Of a stretch of DNA of 64,000 nt, positions 51,287 to 61,327 are shown piece by piece (positions within the stretch are counted from its first letter, which is position 1; each line of letters begins with the position of its first letter). Made by a program: the position numbers and the translations under genes. Source of the stretch: Calditrichia bacterium (GTDB lineage: Bacteria > Calditrichota > Calditrichia > JAJRVZ01). The notes under the pieces are model-generated. The model did not search any database. It saw nothing but the letters and a program-made list of their open reading frames with translations, and was not told the DNA's origin. The DNA lies in contig CAVZSQ010000022.1 in the NCBI GenBank assembly GCA_963777955.1, positions 800,001 through 864,000 on the forward strand. Direction: 5' to 3'.

Positions 51287-54200
51287 ATGGAACAAAAAAA
51301 ATACAGTCCCTTCCCGAATTTCGCCATTCACCGGCCGATTTCGGTACTGGTCAGTTTAACCGCCCTGCTGGTGATTGGGTATATTGCCTATACCCAGATT
51401 GCCGTAGAACTTTTTCCGGCAGGATTTAATCCCCCGTTCCTGGGCGTCTGGACCCCATATCCGAATTCCAATCCGCGCGAGGTTGAAGAACAGATCGCCA
51501 AACCCATTGAAGAACAGGTCAGAACCATCAGCGGAGTGCGCGGTGTGGAAACCAGGAGCGGCAGCAATGGTTGCTGGACTTTTATTCGTTTTGCCCAGGA
51601 TACGGACATGGACCTGGCCTATGCCATGCTGCGCGACCGGATGGACCGGGTCAAATCGCAAATCCCGGAAGATGTAGAGCGTATTTATGTCCGTAAATGG
51701 AGTGATCAGGATGATCCGGTCCTGTGGATCGCCCTGGTCCAGAATAAACCGTATGAAGATCCGTTTTATCTTGTCGAACAGCATGTGAAAAAACCCCTGG
51801 AACGAATCGATGGTGTGGCCAACGTCGAAGTCTGGGGTGCTGAAGAAAAGGAAGTCCTGATCATGATCAATCAGGACCGGGTCAGAAGTAACAAAATCAA
51901 TTTATACCAGGTAATCCAGAGTTTGCGCCGTGATAATTTTGCTATCTCTTCCGGTTATGTTAAAGAAGGGGGCCAGAAAATTTACGTGCGCTCGCTGGGC
52001 AAATTTAAATCGGTGGAAGAGTTTGCCGGTCTGCCCATTCGCGGTACCAATCTGCGCCTGCGTGATATCGCCGATGTAAAATACGATGTACCGGAACGCA
52101 GATGGCGGCAGAGGATTGACGGCAAGAAAGCGATTTCGATCGGCATATTCAAGGAATCGATGGCTAATACGGTTGAATTATGCAATGAAATCCTGAATAC
52201 CTTCGAGAACAAAATAAGTAAAGATCCCAGCGTCGACGGATTTGATACGAAAGTTTTATTCGACCAGGGTCAGTTTATAACCGAATCGATCGAGAATCTG
52301 CAGAGTTCAGCTATGTGGGGCGGATTTTTTGCTTTCGCCGTATTGTATTTCTTCTTACGGCGTGTACGCATGACCGTCATCGTCAATCTGGCCATCCCCC
52401 TCTCGGTTATGATCACCCTAACGGTGATGTATTTCATGGGCTGGACTTTGAATATATTTACCATGATGGGATTGATGATCGCCGTCGGTATGCTGGTCGA
52501 CAATTCGATTGTGGTACTGGAAAATATTTATTCCAAACGGGCCGAAGGATTGGATGACCGCAAGGCCTCGCTGCAGGGTGCCAGCGAGGTGGCCCTGGCC
52601 GTAACACTGGCTACCTCCACTACGGTTGTCGTTTTTCTTCCTTTAATCCTGATCAATGACGATGTGGGATTCAAATTTTACATGACCCGCATCGGCATGC
52701 CGGTGATAATTTCCCTTTGTATTTCGCTGTTTGTCGCCCTGATCTTTATACCCCTGATGGCTACTAAAATAGTCAGTAAACGAAAAGTAGAGCAGCCCAT
52801 TTCAATCGTGAAGTCAAATCAGTTCTACCAGCGTCTGCTGCGCTGGACCCTGCGGCATCGTATAGAGACAGCGATCGTTTTATTAATACTGTTCATCTCC
52901 ATGTTTTATGCGGCATCAAAGGCCAATTATACCGATAACATGGAGGGTAATATTAATGATGTCCGGGTATTCTTTGAGATGCCGGAGAACCTGACTATCG
53001 AAAATGTGGAAAAGATGGTGAATATTGTCGAAGATACCGTGCGGCTCAGGTGGGAACAGTATAATATCAAGACAATCAATTCCAGATACAGCCATAACTG
53101 GGCTATGGTGCGTATCTTTCTGAATCCTGTCGAACGGCAGCAGTGGTATGATACTTTCTTTCAGAATACGCTTAAGGCCGCAGGCCTGTATCATAGCAAA
53201 CGCATGGAATACAACGGTGTGCTGGAGGATATTAAGAAGCGCCTGCCGGTATTTGCCGGAGTCAAATACAGATATACCTGGCGTCGCGAAGGGGGGGACG
53301 AAGCCTCCCTGGCGGTCTCCCTGTACGGCGATGACACGGAAAAATTATATGAATTATCTAAAGAAGTTGAACGCCGTCTGAAAACGATCGAGGATGTCAT
53401 CAGTGTGCAAAATGACCGCGAAAATGTGACCGATGAAATCCATTTGCATATCAATCGTGAACAGGCCAAGAAATACGGCATCTCTCCTCAACTCATTTCC
53501 GGAACCGTGCAATATGCCCTGCGCGGAATACCTTTGCCGAAGTATCAAACCGAAGAAAAAGAGATCGATGTGCGGGTGCAGTTACAGGAAGTGGACCGCC
53601 AGAACCTGTCCCAGTTGAAGAATCTTTCTTTCTTCACCGAGAGCGGTAAAGAGATTCCGCTTGATGCCGTGGCCAGTTTCACCATTGATAAAGGATTCGG
53701 CGAGATATTTCGCGAGGACGGCAAGACGGCAATCAGCGTCCAGGCTAATGTGACTAAGGAAAATATGGATAAATTGTATGCCAGGGTGGATCAGGTCATG
53801 CAGGGTTTTGAGATGCCTTACGGTTACTCCTGGACCAAGGGCCAGCGGTTTAACCGCATGCAGGAGAGTAATCAGAGCCAGACTTTTGCTATAATGCTTT
53901 CAATCGTTTTTGTATTTTTATTGATGGGAATCTTATTTGAATCATTTGTACTGCCCTTATCAGTGATTGTAGCCATTCCTTTCTCTTTCTTCGGCGGATT
54001 CTGGATGATGTATTTAACCGGCACCACTATCGACTTAATGAGCATAATCGGTTTTATTATTCTGATCGGTGTGGTGGTAAATAATGCTATCGTGCTGGTT
54101 GATCTGATCAACCGGTTGCGCCAGCAGGGATTATCGCGATTTCGATGCCATCATGGAAGGGGGCCGGGAGCGGTTTCGGCCCATCCTGATGACCGCCTTC

Positions 54201-54470
54201 ACCACCATCGGCGGATTAATTCCCATGGCGGTCGGCAATGCCCAGATGATCGGAATTCCTTATGCGCCGATGGGACGGACAATTATCGGCGGTTTGATGA
54301 CTTCCACTGTTTTATCACTGATTGCAGTCCCCTGGGCTTACACGCTTTTTGACGACCTGCGCGAGTATTTTAAAAAGGTCATGGCGCTTTATTTTAAGAA
54401 AACTCCCACAACAACGGTGGCAAGTGCCACTGAGCTTACTATCGATGATCGGGTGGTGGCTGAAAAGTGA
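51287..54470 (+). CDS. RND efflux permease subunit 2 (indel at ~54141)
   Basis: 'HRPIS', 'GMLVDNSIVVLENI', 'LFES', 'GVVVNNAIV'; the last TMs ('RFRPILMTA') are in the next frame. Confidence 0.93.
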
Positions 54471-54506
54471 TCAGAAAGCCGGTTAAAATAAAAACGTGCA
54501 GCCGTA

Positions 54507-54615
54507 GTGTCATTTCGACCAAAGGGAGAAATCTTTTTTTCTAAAGATAAAGATTCTTCCTCGTCCCGACTTGTCTGCCGCCAGGCAGTTGAATCGGAAC
54601 TCATCAGAATGACAC
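54507..54615. repeat. Composite palindromic REP-like element (GTCATT...AATCT / AGATT...AATGAC type)
   Basis: GTGTCATTTCGACCAAAGGGAGAAATCT ... AGATTCTTC ... CAGAATGACAC termini, with a nested CTGCC-GCCA-GGCAG hairpin. Confidence 0.65.
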
Positions 54616-54679
54616 CACCCATCATTTTAACTTTGCATAAAAATTTTATTACTCGTAACATTGCTAAATCAGAATTGAT

Positions 54680-56653
54680 ATGGTAAATCGATTATATAAA
54701 AATATATTCCTGTATGTTCTGGCCGGCCTGCTCCTGGTAACGATTGTCAATGCTCAGGATAAGGAGGAGGAAGCTGCCAGGAAACCGCGTCCCCCTAAGA
54801 AAGAAAAAAAGGAAACCGTGCAAGCACAGGTCCCTGCCGATACAACTACCAAGGCACCATTTGCCGAGCCGGAGACACTGAAAACCATCCCGGTCAAGTC
54901 CAAACTGTACTGGTACGATCTCGACAATACGCTGCGCCTGATCAATGACACCAGTGCTTATGAAGTTTACCGCTACTCTGCACAGAAGTCGGTTATTTTT
55001 ACCGACCTGGCTTCAATCTGTCAATATCAACCGCTGCTGTTCGTATATGATCTGCAGGAAATGAACCGGCCGGCTTATGTGGCCATGATTAACAAGTATC
55101 CTCATCAGAATAGCATATTTTATAATACTATCCTGATGAATGATCCGGTCAACGGCATGTATAATATGCAGTTTTTATCAGTTGATTATACCCGTTTTAT
55201 GGAAAGCAGTACAGCTGCAGGAAATCTTCAGAATTATTGTTACAATTCTGCCGAAAAGATTGCGTTTACATCGGCACATCGTCATACTCCGGCTTCGTGG
55301 AGCAAGATCCTTTATAAACAGGGTAATTTTGGTTATACCGATCTCGACATCAGTTTTGTAAAACCGGTTTCGGAATATGTTGCACTGCAATTAGGCGGAT
55401 TCAGCCGGAAATATGACGGCAGTATCTCCAATGGCGATCACCGCGGTTATAATTTCAGGGGTGAACTGACCTGGCAGTATTCACCCAGACTTTATTTCAG
55501 TACACAGTTTTATCTTGGCCGTGAACGCTACGGCATGACCGCCTATAATCCCGATCCGGATTTTGCCTTTCCCCGGCTTGTTGAAAATCGCGATGATTTC
55601 TTTTTTGATCTGACCTGGCTGCCCCGGGATAGTACGAGCGAACGTTTTCATCTGGTGTTATATAATGGTTATACCTTCAGGCGGCTTAAAGATCTTAACG
55701 ACGTGGGCTATCAGTTAAAAACGCAGATCAAACGGTATGGTGTTGATGTCAATTATAATCTCCCGCTTAGACAGGTGGAATTTCTTTTTGGCCTGGGCAC
55801 GCTGTTGCCTAAAATTTCAGGAACGGCTTTTGAAAAAGATTATTATCCGAGCAGTTTCAGCACCTACGGTACGGTCACCCTGGCGCTGACTCAGAAAATC
55901 GGCTTACGCGCTGCCGGTCAACTCGTTATAGACCGGGAATTTAAACCACAATTGCAGCCGTCGTTTTCTGTATCATTCCGGCCGGATAACAGGCAATCTA
56001 TTATGATGGAACTGGCGCACGGGGTTCGTCTGCCTACGACTACGGAACGGTTTTTTAATTTCGATACTTTGTACGGGCGTGCAGAGCTCGGACCGGAAGA
56101 GCACCAATCGGCCCGCTTAAAATATGCCGTAACTCTCAATCCGAAATGGAGAATGTCTTTGACTGGCGGAGCCTGCTGGATCAGAAATGAGATCGGCTGG
56201 TCTGAACCCTACTTTTACAATGCCGGTTCCAGAAATTTTTATTACGCGGCCTTACAGAGTGATTTTTCAATATGGAAGATAGATATTCAGGGGGGCGGTC
56301 AGTACACCCGGGCTGATTTGAATCTTACCCCCCGCTGCAGTTTTTGGGTCGGCGGACATTTTTCCCAGCTACTGCTAAAAGGTGCCCTGTTGCTTGATGC
56401 TTATGGTACGGCCATGGTTTTTGACAAGCATAGGACTATCAATTTTGAGCAGCGCCTGGAACGGTTTTACCCGGGCGAGGACGATGAACCGGGTTTTTAT
56501 ACCCTGAACTGGCGGGTAGTGGTAACGGTAAAAGGGGTGGAGATCTTCGCCGAAGCTGAAAATTCCCTGTCGAATAAATACGAAGTTATCAACGGTTACC
56601 GGGAATTCTTTATACGTTTCCGCTTTGGTGTTAACTGGATCCTGTGGGATTGA
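54680..56653 (+). CDS. Outer-membrane beta-barrel protein (putative porin / degenerate TonB-dependent-like)
   Basis: Signal peptide; plug-like 'IFYNTILMNDPVNGMYNM'; alternating beta strands; C-terminal 'FRFGVNWILWD'. Confidence 0.7.
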   Translation: MVNRLYKNIFLYVLAGLLLVTIVNAQDKEEEAARKPRPPKKEKKETVQAQVPADTTTKAPFAEPETLKTIPVKSKLYWYDLDNTLRLINDTSAYEVYRYSAQKSVIFTDLASICQYQPLLFVYDLQEMNRPAYVAMINKYPHQNSIFYNTILMNDPVNGMYNMQFLSVDYTRFMESSTAAGNLQNYCYNSAEKIAFTSAHRHTPASWSKILYKQGNFGYTDLDISFVKPVSEYVALQLGGFSRKYDGSISNGDHRGYNFRGELTWQYSPRLYFSTQFYLGRERYGMTAYNPDPDFAFPRLVENRDDFFFDLTWLPRDSTSERFHLVLYNGYTFRRLKDLNDVGYQLKTQIKRYGVDVNYNLPLRQVEFLFGLGTLLPKISGTAFEKDYYPSSFSTYGTVTLALTQKIGLRAAGQLVIDREFKPQLQPSFSVSFRPDNRQSIMMELAHGVRLPTTTERFFNFDTLYGRAELGPEEHQSARLKYAVTLNPKWRMSLTGGACWIRNEIGWSEPYFYNAGSRNFYYAALQSDFSIWKIDIQGGGQYTRADLNLTPRCSFWVGGHFSQLLLKGALLLDAYGTAMVFDKHRTINFEQRLERFYPGEDDEPGFYTLNWRVVVTVKGVEIFAEAENSLSNKYEVINGYREFFIRFRFGVNWILWD

Positions 56654-56703
56654 GTGCGGCTCAACCAGCCCGCTGCCGCTGATCATGTTCACTGTTTTAC
56701 CGA

Positions 56704-58545
56704 TTAAAACTTAAGCAAGTCTTTCGCTTTTTTCTCCAGTTTACCTTTATCCCTGGTAATGCTTTTCTCGATCTCTTTTTTCTTGGTCTCGATCACCGCC
56801 TGCTGCTGGTTCACCATCTGCTCATATTTCTCGACCTGGGCGGTCAACTGGCTTTCTTTCTCTTTGATCAAATTATCCAGCTTTTGACGCTGAGCGGCAA
56901 CTTCCGTATCCACTCTGGCTTTTATTTTATTTTTGGCCTCATCAACTTCCTTGCTCAGAATTTCTTTGGTCTTGTTGACAAAAAGATCATCAAGATTCGA
57001 ATTAAGTGAAAAGGCCAGGTCATCCTGAGTTCCTTTTATCCTGGCCACCAGGTCGATCATGTCTATGCTGCGTACGATCGATTGGACGATCTGATCGAAT
57101 TTATTTTTACTCTGCTCCTGATCGCCAAAATCAAAACTCAGTTTATTGCCGGTGAATTTGATCTGGCTTTCGACCTGATCACCGTGCAGCGATAAACTGG
57201 CATCGATAGTACCGAAGCCTTTCTGAATTTTATTGGGTAATAATTTTGATTCGGATAGCGAAGTATTCGCCAGCGAAAAACCGTCATATTTCAAATTGAA
57301 TTGTTCCACCGGTTGATCCTGCAGGTAATCCAGTACTCCGTTCAGGGCAATGGCAGCAGCGGTCTCTTTACTGCCGCCGACAAAAAACTCGGTGGTTTTT
57401 CCGATCTGGCGTTGATCGGAAACAATATTTTTTACCTCGCCCTTAAGGGCAATACCGTCATTGGTCTGGCCGGACAGGATCATGTTTTTTATCCAGAAAT
57501 CGGGCCGGGCATTCTTATTATAAAAATATATATTCTGTCCTTTTAAGCGCGGGGGTGATTCTTTCCCGGGTTCAGCGGATTTAAATTTATCAGTGTAGGC
57601 CCGGGCCATACCGGCGTAATTAAGATAATAATTTACCTGGTTGACCAGACGGGTGCCGAAGATCATCTTGCCGATATTCTGCATATTGAGATCCGGTAAT
57701 TTAGCCATGGACATGGCCCGCTGGTAATCGGCGCTGATCCAATCGTCCACCTGGCCGATCCGCTGCTGCGCACTGCTGAGATCGGAGGTAAGTTTAGTTC
57801 GGCTGGCTTTGATCGATTTATTCAGCGAATCCAGCGACTGCTCGATTTTGTTGGCAGATTTGAGTGCTGATTGAAAGCCTTCCAATGTGTTGATTTTATT
57901 GACCTCAATGGCTTTAACCTGGGAGTTCAATTTTTGCAGGTCGTTTTCATAGTTCAACTGGGTCAACTGGTTTTGCCAGTTTTCGTAATTCTGGCTCAAA
58001 TCAGCCTGCAGTGCCGTAATTTGCGAAACCGATTGTATCTGCAATAAAGCCATGATGCTGTCGACATTCACGTTCTGTTTAAAGGAACTGAATTGGTCGG
58101 TTACATTTGTTTCAACCTGCTCGATCAGGCGGTTGGCTGTTTTCTCAACAAAGCCGGGTTGACGCGGAGTTTGCTCTCCGGGTGGTAAATCAATTTTACC
58201 ATCAGTCAGGCGATCGGTATTGGTCCTGAAACCGGTCAAAGCAAAATTTTCAATAATTACCTTCCTGGTCAGCAAAGGCCAGAATTCCATATCGAACTCA
58301 CAGACACCGGTTTCGATCAGGTTCTTCATGGTATGCCGGCGATCGCACACCTGCAGACGGTCCCAGCGGATTTTTAGATCGGTTAATGATAGATCCAGAT
58401 TATCGACCTCAACCCTGGCTCCGGCGATGGAAGTACCGTTACTTTCGATTTTATATTCCAGCCAGCGATCGGTAAAGATCAGGCTCAGGACAATAATTAT
58501 CCCGACTGCAACTGCTAAAAAAATTATTCCTTTCCAGCGAAACAT
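56704..58545 (-). CDS. TIGR03545 family protein
   Basis: 'FRWKGIIF' anchor, 'GARVEV', 'PLLTRKVIIE', 'PPRLKGQNIYF', 'PDFWIK', 'SNLD', coiled coils; follows a TIGR03546-like gene. Confidence 0.82.
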   Translation of the reverse strand: MFRWKGIIFLAVAVGIIIVLSLIFTDRWLEYKIESNGTSIAGARVEVDNLDLSLTDLKIRWDRLQVCDRRHTMKNLIETGVCEFDMEFWPLLTRKVIIENFALTGFRTNTDRLTDGKIDLPPGEQTPRQPGFVEKTANRLIEQVETNVTDQFSSFKQNVNVDSIMALLQIQSVSQITALQADLSQNYENWQNQLTQLNYENDLQKLNSQVKAIEVNKINTLEGFQSALKSANKIEQSLDSLNKSIKASRTKLTSDLSSAQQRIGQVDDWISADYQRAMSMAKLPDLNMQNIGKMIFGTRLVNQVNYYLNYAGMARAYTDKFKSAEPGKESPPRLKGQNIYFYNKNARPDFWIKNMILSGQTNDGIALKGEVKNIVSDQRQIGKTTEFFVGGSKETAAAIALNGVLDYLQDQPVEQFNLKYDGFSLANTSLSESKLLPNKIQKGFGTIDASLSLHGDQVESQIKFTGNKLSFDFGDQEQSKNKFDQIVQSIVRSIDMIDLVARIKGTQDDLAFSLNSNLDDLFVNKTKEILSKEVDEAKNKIKARVDTEVAAQRQKLDNLIKEKESQLTAQVEKYEQMVNQQQAVIETKKKEIEKSITRDKGKLEKKAKDLLKF

Positions 58546-59070
58546 CTATTCTCCTAACGATTTTAATTTTTGATAAAAATTATAGATGGAAGAACTTTTT
58601 ATCACCTTCATGATTTTTAATTTTTGCACCTTGCTTTCGATTTTCTGACGGTATTGAATAACCCCGGCCCTGGTCAGGAAGTACAGCGGCAGCATTAATA
58701 TCAGGGCCGTGACCAGGCTGCCCATCACCACGGTATTATTGTAGCGGCTCAAGGCGACTACCGGGATGTTGTAAAGCGATGTCCACAGTCCATGTAAACT
58801 GGAAACGTTTACCAGCAGAGCATAGCCCAGGTCATGGAACAGGGGATCGAAGAGGTACGCGATTCCGCTAAAAACGCCAAAACTGAAAATCGCCATGGCA
58901 ATATTAACATTTAAAATGACGATCAAAATTACCACGATCAGATTATGCACAGTCAGCAGAGGAGTCAGTCCCAGAACCATACCCAGCATCAAACCGCCGG
59001 CAATTTGCGCAGGGGTTGCTGCCGAACGCAGGATTTTAACCAGTTTGGCCAGAAATTGAATGATGAACAT
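58546..59070 (-). CDS. TIGR03546 (DUF2062-like) family membrane protein
   Basis: 'TPAQIA.G..LGMVLGLTP', 'DPLFH.LG', 'LYNIP....RYNNTVVMGS'. Confidence 0.85.
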   Translation of the reverse strand: MFIIQFLAKLVKILRSAATPAQIAGGLMLGMVLGLTPLLTVHNLIVVILIVILNVNIAMAIFSFGVFSGIAYLFDPLFHDLGYALLVNVSSLHGLWTSLYNIPVVALSRYNNTVVMGSLVTALILMLPLYFLTRAGVIQYRQKIESKVQKLKIMKVIKSSSIYNFYQKLKSLGE

Positions 59071-59177
59071 ATTTCTTCCTTTATATTATCCGAAAATAAA
59101 ATAACTATGTTTAGTGTATAAAATAATATTTACAAATCCAACTTAATATTTTTGAAAATCGGCTGTCTGTATTTCGG

Positions 59178-60678
59178 TCAGGTGGTCTTATTTAAGTTTG
59201 TTTTAGCCCTTCGCCACAGCGGCCAGTAAGGAGTGGAGGCATTTGAATCGCTGGCGGGTAAAAAGAATTGCATGATGGGGTGACTACCCATAGTGTCGGT
59301 CCAGGCTTTCATACTGCGGATGATCTCCACGAATTTCCGGACAGGCAAGCCGGTCTCCTCGCGGATTCCCCGGATCAGGAATAAGGCGCTGCCGCGCAGC
59401 AGGAACGATACAAAAAATACTATCTTAAAACCGGAATCAAAGATTCCGGGGAAATAGGGCAGCAGGGCAGCCGTATGCTGTGAAAGTATCCCGCCCAGTA
59501 TGGCTCCCACTCCGGCGGCCGCGCCATTGGCGCTGGCAATGGACCAGAAGGCAAAGAAGGCCGAATTTTGTTCCTTGGGAGCCATGCGAAAAACCAGATT
59601 GACAGCACATAAATTGTAAGCCGCGAAAAAAAATGCACCCATCATATGCAGCAGGGGAATTAAAAGATAAACTGAGAAAACGGAATTATTGCTGAATAGC
59701 CACAGGGCCGGTTGCAGGGCTACTACCAGCGCTGTGACGATAATGATCGCGCGATTGCCAAAACGGTCGGAAAAATGACCCCAGACCCCCATACCGATAA
59801 AATCAGCCACTGCCGATAACATCGTGTATATACTGATCAGAGTATAACTGAATTTCAGGTCGACCAGCATATAAATGATAAAAAAAGGTGAACTGAAATT
59901 AACCGCGAAAGCCCATAATAAGGCAAAGCGGATAAACCTGCGGAAATTTTCATGTTGTAAGGGTTCAGTAAATAATTTCAATGGAGCAGCTGTCACCGCG
60001 CGCCGCCGAAGGTCTTTGACGGCCGCTGGCCGCCTGCTGCCGAAGGTCCCCCTGACGGTACAGGAAGTATGCACTGACCATCCCGGCAATAACCGCAGTA
60101 ATAAACAGGATTTCAAATGAACGGGTAAGCGGGGAAGCGGGAAAATGATAGCGGTACCAATCTAAAAAATAACCCCCGCTGAGAGTCAGGGTGATGGTGA
60201 CAATTCCCAGGACGCTGTTGCGCAGGCCAAAATAGCGGCCGCGGATTTCTTCAGGCACCAGGGCGGCCATCCAGGAAAGCCAGCCTACACCGGCGCAAGA
60301 GCCGAGGATCTGGCTGCAGGCGGTAATAATGATAAGCAGGGAGAGCAGGTAACTTCCATAATCTGCAGCGGCCCTGCTGCTTTCAATAACCAGGATTATC
60401 CAGATCCCTCTGGCGGCGACTGCAAAACCTATTACCAGTTTTTTGCGGTTCCGCAGTTTTTCGACCAGCAGCGAACCGGGCAGCTGGGCCAGAGTGCCTA
60501 AAAAAGGAAGTGCTGCCAGAATACCGATATAGATTGGTTGAGCACCCAGCAGCAGCGCATAGGCCGGCAGAAAAATAGTGCCGGTCAGATTAACGTAAAT
60601 CTGAGCGAATAATCCATCATAGATGGAACACTTTAAATTGTGAATGGTAATTTTTACTGAGTCATCAGTATGTTTCAT
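59178..60678 (-). CDS. MFS transporter (indels near 59980-60030)
   Basis: 'SWMAALVPEEIRGRYFGLRN'; second half 'NFRRF', 'PFFIIYML', 'WGHFSDRFGNR'. Confidence 0.85.
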
Positions 60679-60701
60679 ACTCTATAAAAACAGAATGTAA
60701 G

Positions 60702-60778
60702 AAATTCCAAATTACTAATTACAAGTTACAAATTAGTAATTAGTAATTAGTAATTGGTAATTGTTAATTAGTAATTCC
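60702..60778. repeat. Heptamer tandem repeats in inverted arms, (TAATTAC)n / (TAATTAG)n
   Basis: aaattcc aaattac taattac aagttac, then aattag taattag taattag taattgg taattgt taattag taattcc. Confidence 0.8.
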
Positions 60779-60879
60779 GAACTAATTTATCTGAAATTTA
60801 GGTATATTCGTCTACAAAAAAAACATGGTATCGTAATTCCGGGATAATCATTATACAAATTATTGCCACAGGAGGTGCA

Positions 60880-61299
60880 ATGCATATGCACGTTGAAATC
60901 AATTACCTGGCGGTTGTGGTAGCCGCTATGGTTTATTATGGCAGTGGCGCCTTATGGTACTCGCCGGTATTTCTGGGTAATCCATGGATAACGGCTGCCG
61001 GCCTGGATCCGCAAAAGATAAAAGCCGGGGGAAAAAATGCCTGGCGATCTTATCTGGTTGCTTTGATCGCCGCCTTATTTATCAGTTACGGACTGGCCCG
61101 CATTGAAGCCTATATGCAGGTAAGTGATTTTGCCGGCGGATTGCATACCGGATTCTGGAGCTGGCTGTGTTATGTAGTCACCACCATGGGCCTGAATTAC
61201 AGTTTTGAGAATCGTTCCTGGAAATTATTACTGATCAATGCAGGCTATCATCTCTATGGATTTATTGTTATGGCTGTGATCCTGGCCGTTTGGAGATAA
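60880..61299 (+). CDS. DUF1761 family membrane protein
   Basis: 'INYLAVVVAA', 'GALWYSP.FLGNPW', 'FENRSWKLLLINAGY'. Confidence 0.88.
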   Translation: MHMHVEINYLAVVVAAMVYYGSGALWYSPVFLGNPWITAAGLDPQKIKAGGKNAWRSYLVALIAALFISYGLARIEAYMQVSDFAGGLHTGFWSWLCYVVTTMGLNYSFENRSWKLLLINAGYHLYGFIVMAVILAVWR

Positions 61300-61327
61300 T
61301 AATTATACAAGTTCCGGTGCAGCCAGT

